A stretch of 63,852 nucleotides of DNA, filler included, from Thraustochytrium aureum (lineage: Eukaryota), in NCBI GenBank assembly GCA_012862495.1. It is 5 parts of 3 records of this genome, joined end to end, with 100 filler letters (N's around TTAATTAATTAA, not from the genome) between each part and the next. Parts side by side here need not be neighbours in the genome. Positions count along the whole stretch, not along the records: positions 1 to 20,589 come from BLSG01000410.1; positions 20,690 to 47,110 come from BLSG01000410.1; 3 more parts are not named here. The stretch is one strand, 5' to 3'. Positions 10,153 through 21,102 of this stretch are shown here, one piece after another; the stretch's first letter is position 1, and the number at the start of each line of letters is the position of its first letter. The notes below the pieces were generated by a model. That model saw only the letters and a list, made by a program, of their open reading frames with translations. It made no database searches and was not told the DNA's origin. Position numbers and translations under genes: made by a program.

Positions 10153-13142
10153 ATGGCAACGACGAGCGGCAGCGAGAAAGCCAAGCCCACTGCTATCCAC
10201 GCAGATCTGAATGGGCCAAGTGCGACCGCCAAACACGACAAGTCAAGACGGCCGCACGAGACGGAGGAGAGGCCCCCAGAAGCAGGCTCGATGGGCGGCG
10301 GGGCCAGCGCTCGCCTCCCGCCCCGAGACGACGAGGTTCTCCAGCTCGGGGTGAACATGGCGCAACTTGGATGGGACTACCAAACGCTTGACGACAGCAG
10401 GTCAGCGTCCGGAGACAGCGACCTTCACGGCTACGGAGATGGTGAAGCGGCAGCGCAAAACGTCGCGGTCGCGCACAGGATACAAGAGCGCGTCGTTTCC
10501 ATCGTGCTCGGCAACCTGTTCACGATCACAATCGTGGGGCTATTCTACCTCAATTACGTCCTCTTTGAAAGCTACGTCGGAGTGTTCCTGTACTCGTTCC
10601 TGGCGAGCGAGGCGCTCTGGGACACCAAGAGCTCGATCGTAGGCTCGCTCGAGTACATCAACGACACGACCGCGGTATCACCGCGCAGGGGCGTCGTGGC
10701 TGCCATCGTCTGGTTCAAAACGGCGCTCACAGAGCGCCCCGTACTCACCGGCGCGCTCGTGTCCACGGTCGGCATCGCCGGGCTGCTCGAGCCCCTTCTC
10801 CTCGTGGCCGGCTGCGCGACCCTCGTGGCCGCCGTTGCGCTCTTGTACGCGCTGGATCGAAGGCTGTTTTACTTGACCCGGATCCATCGCTTGTTGTTCA
10901 ACGACGACACGTTTGTTGCGCTGATGCTCATCCTCCTCCTGCTCATCATCGGCCTCGTGCTGACCACGCTGTTCGCGATCTTCACTGCGAACGACATCAA
11001 GGACATGTTTCACTGGATCTCGCTCTGGTTCGAAGCCAAGCTGCTCAAGTCCGACTGGGCGCAAGAGCTCTGGCACGGGATCTCGAGCCACGGCGAGAAC
11101 GCGCTCGAGAACTGGCTCGGCGAATTCGAAAAGGAGTACGTCACCAACACGACGTACGAGCCCGTTTTCCGCTGGGCCGTGCGCCACATTGACGAGACGC
11201 GTGCGCTCGCCGCCAACTCCTCTGCGTTTGCTGGCTCGGCTAGCTGCGCGGCCGGGGCCGACATGGGCGGCGGCGTTTTCGCTGACAACTGCACGGCGTC
11301 GGACGAGCCCGTCGACCTGACTGCCGGCAGCACAACGGCTAGCTTGCTTGAGAGCTGGTATGCTTTTCTGCGGACGCCGGACTGGATGGTCAACAAGTCG
11401 ATGGCAGAGATCGTCGAGGTGCTCCAGGCGCACACGCAGACCACCGAGTTTTCGGACATCTCTGGCAAGCTGCAGGGTGTCGTGGTGCGGGCAAGCGACG
11501 GGTTTTGGGCCACCACGCTCTTCACCTTGTCCGTGTTGTTCCTCGTCGTCGACTTTGGCATTCGCGTCGGGTTTTTCATCACAATCACCTTCATTCTCCT
11601 CAGCTCGCAAGACAACCTTTTGCACGAGGTGCTCAACGGGTTCTCCGGCGAGGCGGCGCAGCTTCCTGCTGGACTTGCTGAGGACGACCGCGCTGGGGAC
11701 CCAGTTCGAACGCCGGCCACGCCGGGCGGCGAGTGTTCTGGGCGCTCAAGCCCGCGATCGATGTCCGTCGACGCCTCCGCTGCGGCGGCGGCCAAGCCCG
11801 GCAGAGGGTCCATGTCGCCGGTCGCGGGCATCGGCTTTGCCAAGATTGCCAACGAGAGCGAGACCGTTGCGCAAAAAGGCGGGTCCCGTGACGACGAGGA
11901 CGACGGCGAGTCCGGCTATGTGACGCCAGTGTTCAGGTCCACAGAGGTGCCGGCGCACGAGGCGGAGGCGCCGCATGCGCAGTCGCCGCTGACAGACCTT
12001 GCCGCGCTCGAGCTTCAGCTGCGGGCCACCATCGAGGGCGTCCTAATGCTGCCAGTCAAGATGTCGCTCTACCATGCCACGAGCACGTTTCTGCTGTTTC
12101 AGCTGCTTGGGGTCGAGCTCCCGTACCTGGGGGCGTCGCTGAGCATACTTTTTACTGTGTTTCCGCTCATTTACGCGAATTGGGTGTGCCTGCCCTGGAT
12201 CATCGTCTATCTCGTGAACGGCCAGTACCACGTCGCGGCGGGCCTCTTTGTCCTGCACTACATTCTCTACTCGCTCGTGGACAGTTGGGTCCTCGCCACG
12301 TTCCAGAAAAAGGTCCAGCAGAGCGGTGCCTCGGTTGGAGACCACAGCAAGTACGAGTACATCACCGGCGTGTCTGTGTTTTTCGGCGTCACCGCGTTCG
12401 GCGCGCACGGGGTGCTGATCGGCCCACTCCTGGTCTGCCTCGGCATTGTGGCCTATACCGTTCTGCGCGACCAGCTGCAGCGAGCCGTGCAGGCGTACAT
12501 GGGGCAGGCGGCGACGGCTGGCCTTGGTCGCTTTTCGGACTTTGGCGAGGCTACGCCAAGGCACGTCTCGGAGCGCAATGGCTTCGCCTTCTGGCGTGCC
12601 GATGTCGCGCTCGACGAGCAGGACGCCGCACCGGTCAACGTCAGAGTCGTCTGGGATTGCGTCGCACCGGCGGCCCAAGGACCGAGACGAGGGCCCCGCC
12701 AAAAGAGGGGGCCCGCCGGCTGGCTGCATTCCAACGGCGGGCTTGCGTGCTCCTGCGCCGGCTCGGGGCCTGCGTTGGTTGAAGAGCGCGCTGACGACGG
12801 CCCTCGTGCACGCCTCGATCGCAACGCGTCGCACGGGAGCTTCAGGATGACGAGGCGCAACACCGCTGGCGCCGAGATCGGCGCGACCCGCTTGAAGCAC
12901 AGGGTTTCTGGTGCGGAGGTCAGCGCGGCGGTCGCCCAGGATTGGATTGGCCCGTTTTCAGCAAAGCGGCGAGTGTTGCAACGATGCTGTCCTCGTCTGC
13001 TTCGACGCGCGGGGGCTCGGGCAAAGGGGCGAGCCGCAGGCAGAGCGTGGACGGGCTCGGGGAGTTGCGCAGCCGCAAGGCAGGCGCGCGCGACGCCCCA
13101 CGCGCCGCGCCACGGGAGGGGCGCGGCGCTAGCGAAGAATGA
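10153..13142 (+). CDS. TMEM245: TMEM245-like multi-pass membrane protein (AI-2E-related); C-terminus uncertain, possible frameshift near 12950
   Basis: More than 10 hydrophobic helices. The C-terminal YITGVSVFFGVTAFGAHGVLIGPLLVCL motif is typical of TMEM245/AI-2E proteins. Confidence 0.75.
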
Positions 13143-13454
13143 CCATTAGCCTTTCCGCGCGCGTGACGCGCGAGCGAGAGATGCCTGAAAATAGCTGTCT
13201 AGAGTTGCCACGAGTTCCTCCTCCTTGGCCTGCGGGCGGCCAGGTCTGCGGTGCGAAAAAAAGTCCAGTGGCCACGCCCTCGCCGCCACGTCTGGCCACC
13301 GCAGTTGTCGTTGTTTCCTGCTTGTATTTTCTTTCCAATCAATTTCTTTTCTTTTAAAAGAATCTTCGCGGCGCCCCGACGCCCAAAGCAGCGACTATTG
13401 GCAGCAAGCAAGGCAGGGCACGCACGCGGAGAACGGGCAGGTGCATTCTCTCGC

Positions 13455-13526
13455 TTAGACCTTGCTCATGGCCTGGGTGTCGATCGACTGCACGTCGTCG
13501 CCAAAGGCCTCCTCGATGAGCTCGGT
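13455..13526 (-). CDS. EEF1B: Translation elongation factor eEF1B (beta/delta), C-terminal 23 aa only; the rest is in the gap
   Basis: Manual translation gives TELIEEAFGDDVQSIDTQAMSKV*, which resembles the conserved eEF1B end (..FEDYVQSxDVAAFNKI). Not called in the ORF track. Confidence 0.7.
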   Translation of the reverse strand, partial: TELIEEAFGDDVQSIDTQAMSKV

Positions 13527-14095
13527 CNNNNNNNNNNNNNNNNNNNNNNNNNNNNNNNNNNNNNNNNNNNNNNNNNNNNNNNNNNNNNNNNNNNNNNNNN
13601 NNNNNNNNNNNNNNNNNNNNNNNNNNNNNNNNNNNNNNNNNNNNNNNNNNNNNNNNNNNNNNNNNNNNNNNNNNNNNNNNNNNNNNNNNNNNNNNNNNNN
13701 NNNNNNNNNNNNNNNNNNNNNNNNNNNNNNNNNNNNNNNNNNNNNNNNNNNNNNNNNNNNNNNNNNNNNNNNNNNNNNNNNNNNNNNNNNNNNNNNNNNN
13801 NNNNNNNNNNNNNNNNNNNNNNNNNNNNNNNNNNNNNNNNNNNNNNNNNNNNNNNNNNNNNNNNNNNNNNNNNNNNNNNNNNNNNNNNNNNNNNNNNNNN
13901 NNNNNNNNNNNNNNNNNNNNNNNNNNNNNNNNNNNNNNNNNNNNNNNNNNNNNNNNNNNNNNNNNNNNNNNNNNNNNNNNNNNNNNNNNNNNNNNNNNNN
14001 NNNNNNNNNNNNNNNNNNNNNNNNNNNNNNNNNNNNNNNNNNNNNNNNNNNNNNNNNNNNNNNNNNNNNNNNNNNCTAGAGAGAGAGAGATGAGT

Positions 14096-14656
14096 GCCTG
14101 CCGCATTCCAGTTCTCCTCGTGTACGAAGATGAACAGGCTCTCTGCAGAGTTCCGCCCCGACGGCCTGATACTCGACACGGTTTCGCCAGGGCGGATCCT
14201 CTTTGGTCTCGCCCTCTTTCGGGGGGCCTTCTCGCTTCCCTCGCTCGACTTGGTTTGCCGCCGCTCATCGATCTGGCAACAGCGGTAGTGGCGCGAGAGG
14301 TTTCGGGGGCCGACCGTGCTGGGGGGACATCACCTGGGCTGTCTCGGTCAAAAGTGGCTCGCGCCAATCCTGATGACGGGCTGCTGTCCAAAACGAAGGG
14401 TGCTGCAATCCCATCTGCGAGGAAGTTGACGCGCACGTGCACTGGGAATCCCTCGCGCAGCTGCCTCCAGGGGCGCTCTAGCCTAGCTAGAGAGAGACTG
14501 CTGTAGAGTACTCTAAATCAGCCTGCCGCATTCCAGTTCTCCTCGTGTATTTACTCGTACGGAGATGAACAGGATCTTTGCCGAGTTCCGCCTCGACTGC
14601 ACAAACACGCCACACGGTTTCGCCCTCCCTCGCTCGACTTGGTTACCGCCACTCAT
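14096..14656 (+). repeat. Diverged direct duplication (about 14096-14268 and 14521-14656)
   Basis: Both copies begin gcctgccgcattccagttctcctcgtgta and share gatgaacagg, gagttccgcc, acacggtttcgcc and tccctcgctcgacttggtt..ccgcc.ctcat. Confidence 0.85.
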
Positions 14657-15119
14657 GCAACAATGGGGCAAAGAGCTGTAGTTGTGTCGAGGGTTCATTG
14701 ACGATCGCCGCAAGCACAGGCTGCCCGCTTGGCGAGCTGGATTGGCTTAGATTCGCTTCGTCGCTCTTGACCTCGCTTCACCTCGCTGAGACGCCGAGAC
14801 ATGAACTCAGCTTCTGTGATAAAGACACGCGCGCTAGTCAGAGCCCTCCTGAACGCGCCGCTATCCTGGAGAGCCCGTAGCAGCGACCACCGGTCCTGAA
14901 TTCTGCTCCATGTGGCACCGTTCACGCGCAGTTTTGTCTCGGTCGCTTTCTTGTTCTGACGAGGATTTTGTTTGTTTTTGATTTGTTGTTGCGAGGATCA
15001 GTACGGTGCGCGGCGAAGCGAGTCGGGCTCGACCAGATCGGCGATGAGCAAACCCGAATCGCAAAAGGCAAGAGCACAAGAGCCGAAAAGGCTGCGAGAA
15101 ATAGAAAGAAAAGGGCAAG

Positions 15120-17303
15120 ATGGCGGCAAAGATGGAGTCCCGCGTTGCAGTCAACCCACGGTTTGACTCGGAGCAGGCCTTCGAGAGCGAGCAGGACAGC
15201 GCGCCTTCGCGCAGGTCGAAGCGGATTCGCGCACTGGTGATGTCCGTCGTGGCTATCGCCGCTCTCGTCGGCACGGTCGTCGCAGTCGCGTCAAACTCGA
15301 GCAACGGGCAGGCCGAGCAAACCTCGTCGGCCCCCGCGAACACGGGGGGCGAGGGCGACCTCGCGCAGCTTGCTGCTGGGCTCGTCTATGCGGATCGCGG
15401 CACGTACTTGCACATCGCTACTGGAGCCGGCCTCGAGGTGCGCATCAGCAAAACCACGTGCGACCTGATCTCCATCAAGATGAATGGCGTCGAAACACAG
15501 AGCTCCTACGCAGGCAAGTACTCGCACGTCCGCTCCGGGCTTAAAGTAGCTCCCAAAGTGGAAACCGACGCGCGGACCGTCGTCAAGGTCACCTGCGAGA
15601 AAGCGCCCATCACTCACTACATGGTCTTCACCAGCTCCAGCAACGACATCATCATGGCCACGCACGCCGCAAGCATCGACTACCCTGAGCTCCGCTTCTT
15701 GCTCCGGCTCAAACAGGACGTATTCAACTCGTGCCCGCCAGGCAACGACTCGCGCGGCGGCCGCATCATCGAAGGAGCCGATGTCTATGGCCTCCCGGAC
15801 GGCAAGACCGCTTGCAAGTTCTACAGCGCACGCCGCGTCGTCGACTCGCGGGTCTTTGGGGCGCGCTCGGAGCGCCATGGCTTTGGTGTCTACTTTGCCG
15901 TGTCCCCGACCGGCCTTGAGACCGCTGTGGGCGGGCCGTTCTTCCGCGACATTGAGCAGCAGTGCAGCGGCGTCGACCACGCGATATCCCTCTATTTCAA
16001 CAGCGACCACATGCGCACTGAAAACTACAGGGTCGGCCTGCACGGCCCGTACGCGGTGAGCTTTACTGCGAACGGCGCCCCGCCCAACGTCAACAAGATC
16101 AACTTTGGCATCATGGGCTCGATGAAACTCAAAGGCTACGTCCCGACCTCGAAGCGCGGCTACGTGGTTGGTCGCGTGACGACGACAGAGTACACCAAGC
16201 GCTTCAAACACGTCGTGGCCTGGCGCAACGCGCAGGCGCAGTACTGGGCGCCTGTCACGAGCAGCGGCCTGTACGCTGGGCCGCTCATGAAGCCTGGTAC
16301 CTACGAGATGACGCTGTTCCGGGGCGAGTGGGCCACCTACACGACGACGGTCACGGTCGGCGTTGCCAAAATGACCCGCAACATGCGGAGCAACCGCGAC
16401 CCATCTCCGGCGGTCTTTCGCATCGGGGACCTCGACGGGACTCCGCTCGAGTTTTGGAACGGGGACAAAATCGTGGCCATGCACCCCTCAGATGTTCGAA
16501 TGGGCAGCTTTTCGCGGCCAACTTTCGTCGTGGGCACCAACTCCTTTCGCTCCTTCCCCATGGCTCAGGTCAAGACAGTGCAGACACCGTCCCGAATTCA
16601 GTTCAACCTCAACGCCGATCAGGCAGCGCGCAACTATCGCCTGGCGATCCACATCACGCACTCGCACCAATCAGCGCGGCCTGTCCCGAACGTCAACGGC
16701 GGCCGTTGGGTCGCGCGCGTTCCCGCAGCGCCGGCAAGGATCAACTCGCGCAGCTTTACGCGCGGAACGTGGCGAGGAAACAACTTGGCGTTTGTTTTCG
16801 ACATCCCTGCTTCGGCTTTCGTCGCTGGGAAAAACACGATTGACATCAGCGTCACCAGCGGGTCATCTGGCGCCGGCTTTCTCAACCCGCTCATCATATA
16901 CGATAGCGTCGAGCTCTTGCCTGCGGTTACGCCGCCAACGACCGAGGTAAGGCTCACCCTGCCGGGTAGCAACCGAATCCTCAGCATCTGCGAAGTGCAG
17001 CTCCTCGACATCAACAACAGGCCGATCCAAATGAGAAGCCCGTCGCAAAGCTCGGTGGCATGGGATGGGGTGCCGTCGCGCGCCATTGACGGCAACACGA
17101 AAACGCGGTACACCGATAACTCTTGCACGCACACCAACGAAGAGTCCAACCCGTTCTGGAAGGCCTCGATCACCGCGTTCCCGAGCGACGTGAACAAGGT
17201 CAGGATCTTCAACCGTTCGGATTGCTGCGGATCGCGCCTCGACGGCGTGCAGGTTTACATCGGCAGCAAGCGCTTCACCGCCGTTGAGATCAGGGTTGCT
17301 TGA
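15120..17303 (+). CDS. Rhamnogalacturonan endolyase (PL4, RhgB-like) with N-terminal transmembrane anchor and C-terminal F-type lectin domain
   Basis: SHVRSGL, ELRFLLRL, IEGADV, TACKFYS (catalytic Lys), GGPFFRDI, YFNSDH (catalytic His), GLHGPY, MHPSDVRM and RGTWRGNN. C-terminal SQSS...RAIDGN...CTHT...NRSDCCGSRL. Confidence 0.92.
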   Translation: MAAKMESRVAVNPRFDSEQAFESEQDSAPSRRSKRIRALVMSVVAIAALVGTVVAVASNSSNGQAEQTSSAPANTGGEGDLAQLAAGLVYADRGTYLHIATGAGLEVRISKTTCDLISIKMNGVETQSSYAGKYSHVRSGLKVAPKVETDARTVVKVTCEKAPITHYMVFTSSSNDIIMATHAASIDYPELRFLLRLKQDVFNSCPPGNDSRGGRIIEGADVYGLPDGKTACKFYSARRVVDSRVFGARSERHGFGVYFAVSPTGLETAVGGPFFRDIEQQCSGVDHAISLYFNSDHMRTENYRVGLHGPYAVSFTANGAPPNVNKINFGIMGSMKLKGYVPTSKRGYVVGRVTTTEYTKRFKHVVAWRNAQAQYWAPVTSSGLYAGPLMKPGTYEMTLFRGEWATYTTTVTVGVAKMTRNMRSNRDPSPAVFRIGDLDGTPLEFWNGDKIVAMHPSDVRMGSFSRPTFVVGTNSFRSFPMAQVKTVQTPSRIQFNLNADQAARNYRLAIHITHSHQSARPVPNVNGGRWVARVPAAPARINSRSFTRGTWRGNNLAFVFDIPASAFVAGKNTIDISVTSGSSGAGFLNPLIIYDSVELLPAVTPPTTEVRLTLPGSNRILSICEVQLLDINNRPIQMRSPSQSSVAWDGVPSRAIDGNTKTRYTDNSCTHTNEESNPFWKASITAFPSDVNKVRIFNRSDCCGSRLDGVQVYIGSKRFTAVEIRVA

Positions 17304-18358
17304 GCAGCTTGACCATTGGCGGGACCGTGGGCCGCCAAGCGCATCCAAATTCCAACACAATAATTTTGTCATACCCCAGCCTCCCTGAGCCCCGATCCAC
17401 TACTTACTCGCGAGTGGTTCGGTGGAGAAGAAAGCTCGCGCGTGGCGCGGGGAGTGCGCTGCGCCAAGACGTCCCGTGGCGTCCGAGTTCGCCCCGCTCG
17501 CGCTGTGCAGTTTGCTTCCATGCGGCCACGACGACTTCCTCGCGCAGGTCCTTCTGACGCACCTCGTCCTCTGACGAGCTATGCTCGTCACCAGGTGAGT
17601 GTTGCGAGTCTTGTAGTTCCTTACTCGTCAGGACCTTTACAGGCAGACTCTATGAAAAAGATGTGGGTCCCAGACCGAGTNNNNNNNNNNNNNNNNNNNN
17701 NNNNNNNNNNNNNNNNNNNNNNNNNNNNNNNNNNNNNNNNNNNNNNNNNNNNNNNNNNNNNNNNNNNNNNNNNNNNNNNNNNNNNNNNNNNNNNNNNNNN
17801 NNNNNNNNNNNNNNNNNNNNNNNNNNNNNNNNNNNNNNNNNNNNNNNNNNNNNNNNNNNNNNNNNNNNNNNNNNNNNNNNNNNNNNNNNNNNNNNNNNNN
17901 NNNNNNNNNNNNNNNNNTATCCTAACGTATGCACAAGTACCTTTGGTCTTCGTGCCTTGGCCCACCATCCCAGGCAGCGTGATGACTCGACGAGCTCGCC
18001 ACTATCCCGCGGCTGGCCGGTAACTGATCAGAAGTATCAGTTCCCAACAGGTCCAAGCGAGAAGGCACTGCCAGCACCATGTCAGACCTCTCGTGACGCT
18101 GGTAGTACCCACAATGACGAGACTGACGACGATCAGCTCGTTGCTGGGCGCTGCCAAAGTGGAAAATGCAAGGAAGGCGCGGCTGAAGCAGCGCGAGGAA
18201 TTTGGCAGTCGCGCATGCCACTCGCAGCTGCGGCGCGGCCCGCACGCGATTGCCGGCTCTGCAGCTGCTGCTGATTCTTCTGCGGGCGCCGAGCTCGCTC
18301 CTGCTGCCTCTGCTGCTCGCTGCTGCTACTGCCCCGTCGGCGGACGGACGGACGGGTG

Positions 18359-18920
18359 ATGTCCCAACAGGCCGGCAAGAGCAACATGGACCGAGTCGTT
18401 GGGGCGCTCGAGGCGCTGCGCGCAGACGATCTCCTGCAGATGGATCTCAAGGACGCCGAGGTGCTCGCTGCGATCGACCACTGGACGGGCCGGAAGCGGC
18501 TGCCGCCAGCGCAAGCGCACAAACGGTTCACAGACAACTACAGGGTCGCGAGCGTGCTCGACAAGCTCAATCGGCTGCAGGCGGCCTGCAGAGAAGCAGG
18601 CATCGGCGTTCCGCTCAAGGCGCTCTTGGCCGGGAGCGCAGATCCGTCTTGGGGTCAAGAAACCGCAAGCAGCCGAGGCCCCGGCGCCGGAGACGGCCGT
18701 TCGGAGCGGCTCCCCTCCACCCGAGTTTGAGCAACCGAGTCAGGCGCGAGCGCCGGATGATCGCCCTGGCAAGCGCGTCATCCCAGTACTCGAGCCCCCA
18801 GCGAGGTCAGAGTGGCCAAAAGTCTCCGCGGCCAACGTGGCGGCGTGGTGGTCGGTGCAAATTGCCCTTCTTGCAGTGGTCGCGACGCACTTCTGGGGCC
18901 ACGGGCTGCCAGCGGCATGA
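18359..18920 (+). CDS. Hypothetical small protein with probable C-terminal membrane anchor; frameshift near 18700
   Basis: Protein-like ORF MSQQAGKSNMDRVVGALEAL...; the hydrophobic tail AAWWSVQIALLAVVATHFW is in the adjacent frame ending at 18920. Confidence 0.5.
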
Positions 18921-19006
18921 GGCAACTCCCTCCCCCTATCTCACTCGTTTTCGCTGTGCTGACTGATTGATGCACGACTTCGTACGTTTTTAAATGCTAT
19001 AAATGC

Positions 19007-20589
19007 TTACCAATCTATCGGCAGTGTCGGGTCGGGCAGGTGGCCCCCCTTGATCAGAGCAACGCGATCAAGAAGGAGCTTGAGAAGCGCGGGGTCAGAG
19101 TAAGAGGCCATCCGCGTTCGAAACTCTGACGCGACCTGGATCCGGCTGGACGTGTCGATGACAAAGGTGGTGACTTCCGGCGCCCCTGCCGCGGCGTAGG
19201 CCTTGACATCGGTATCCTTGTTGCCGAACGTTGCGAGGAAGATGGGGAAGCGGCGGATGTCCCGGCCAGCGCGCATAAAGCACTCGCGCAGCTGGCAGAG
19301 CATCGCGGTCTTGAACAGGTGCGACGACTTGTCGACCACCTCGCGGCGGAACGAGCTGGTAAAGTTGGTCGTGTCGGTAATTATGGCCCCGCTCGGCAAC
19401 CGCGTGTTGGACTGCCCGTGCACCTGCTCCAGCTCGTAGATGTATGACCGCGTCTCGTTGATCAAGTTCATCGGCCGGGCCGTCAGGTAAAGCATGCGGG
19501 CGCCAGTGTGGTCCATGAGCGTGTTGTAGAGCGTGCAGACGCCGCTGTGCGCATGGCCCTTCTTCCAGCCCATTTTCGCCCCCAGCACGCCGTTTATCAT
19601 CCCCCCACGTCGCTCTTTGTGATGGTCCCATCCACGTCCGACACGAAAAGACTGTCGGACGAGTCCCAGATCCAAAAAAACGCGTCGACATACGCGAGGC
19701 GCGGCTCCCCGTTGTAGTTGTACTTGTGCTCGAAACGCAGCCGGTGCGGCCCGATCACCTCCCGCAAGCCTTTGATGGAGCCGAGAACGGCAGGGTCGCA
19801 TTGCAGGCGCCCGCTCCTGAAGATGCACTTGCCGCCCTCGTCGAGCATCATCGTGAAGCGGACCTGGTCGTCGATCAGCACATCCACGTCCGAGCCTCGG
19901 CAAGACGACTTGGCGCTTCGCCCGGTGAACCTTACGTTGAAGTCGGTTGCGAACACTTTGGGCTCGGCGCCCGACCGCACGCCGATCACGTCCGTTGCAT
20001 ACCCGGCCTGCTTGGCGACGGGCATCATATAGCTCGCGGTTGTCGTGTGTCGCTCTGCATGCGAGGCGCTGTGTGCGATATGGTCTGGCGCGGCGAACTG
20101 CGCTGGAGGGACTGCCATGGAGGCCGGCCGTGCTGTGGCGGCGGGAGCGTCTGCGAGCACCCCGCCGCCCCACTGTGCCGGTGGCGGGGGCGGGGGGGCG
20201 CTTGCTGAAGCATGGCGGACGCTACGTACGCAGGGGGCGGTGGGGGCTGTGACAGCAAAGGCTGATGCGGCGGCGGTGGTGGGGGCGGCGGCGCGACGAG
20301 ACCTGCAGGGCTTGATCGCTCGAGGTAGTTTGAGGGAACAAGGCCGGCAACCCCTGTACGCTGGTTTTCGCCGAGGACCCATCCTTCCTCGGGCTTGCGA
20401 GCTGGCTGAACCACCTCAGTGACGATGTCGCCGAACTCGAGCGTGAGCTCGTCAGGGTGGCGGCTCGCAAATGCCCACTTGGCGCGGTATACAGTTGCAG
20501 TATGCAGGGCGGAACCCGCCGCGTCCGGTGGCGCGCGGCTCGGTGGCGCCCTCGAGGGAGGCGGTGCGGAGGCGCGGGAGCCGGGGCAA
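19007..20589 (-). CDS. SH3 domain + lipin/Pah-type phosphatidate phosphatase (N-LIP + C-LIP/LNS2); 5' end missing, two frameshifts (about 20190 and 19600)
   Basis: SH3: RAKWAFASRHPDELTLEFGDIV...EEGWVLG...GLVPSNYLE. N-LIP: TDVIGV...FNVRF...MMLDEGGKCIF. C-LIP: VSDVDGTITKSD, AHSGV, YLTARP, FK, FGNKDTD. Confidence 0.85.
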
Positions 20590-20633
20590 NNNNNNNNNNN
20601 NNNNNNNNNNNNNNNNNNNNNNNNNNNNNNNNN

Positions 20634-20645
20634 TTAATTAATTAA
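20634..20645. other. Artificial contig linker TTAATTAATTAA flanked by N runs
   Basis: The same 12-mer, with stops in all six frames, also occurs at 47155, 60999 and 62745. Confidence 0.9.
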
Positions 20646-21102
20646 NNNNNNNNNNNNNNNNNNNNNNNNNNNNNNNNNNNNNNNNNNNNTTGAGCTGGAG
20701 CTGCTACTACTGTAGCTCAAGCTAGAGGAGAGAGCTCTCTCGAGCTCTCTCGAGCTCTAGAGCTAGTAGAGATGTAGCAAGAATGCCTCGACTGACGATC
20801 CATTTCCAACTCTCCAAGACTGCCTGCCCTCCTTCCTCGGCGGCAAAGGCTGGGAAGCAAACAGAGCAAAGATGAAAGATATTTATTGGTGGCAGCAGGC
20901 GGAACTTGACCTCGCCAGGTACAACAGAAGAGTCGAGCAGCCCCTTAGGTCAAACTCAACCAAGTAGCGCCATGGGGTCCGCCAGGCATGTCTGCCGGCG
21001 CAGGACGTGCAAACGCGCCTCCCCACCACGCACTTAGGCTTTCCGGTACCAGCGCTGCTGGCTATGACTAGCTACAAGCAACGGGGGAAAGCAGGCAATC
21101 GA

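Noticed and set aside
20634..20645. TTAA-based element (piggyBac target site, PacI site or palindromic regulatory motif)
   Set aside because: It is always embedded between fixed-length N runs, which is the pattern of a scaffolding linker.
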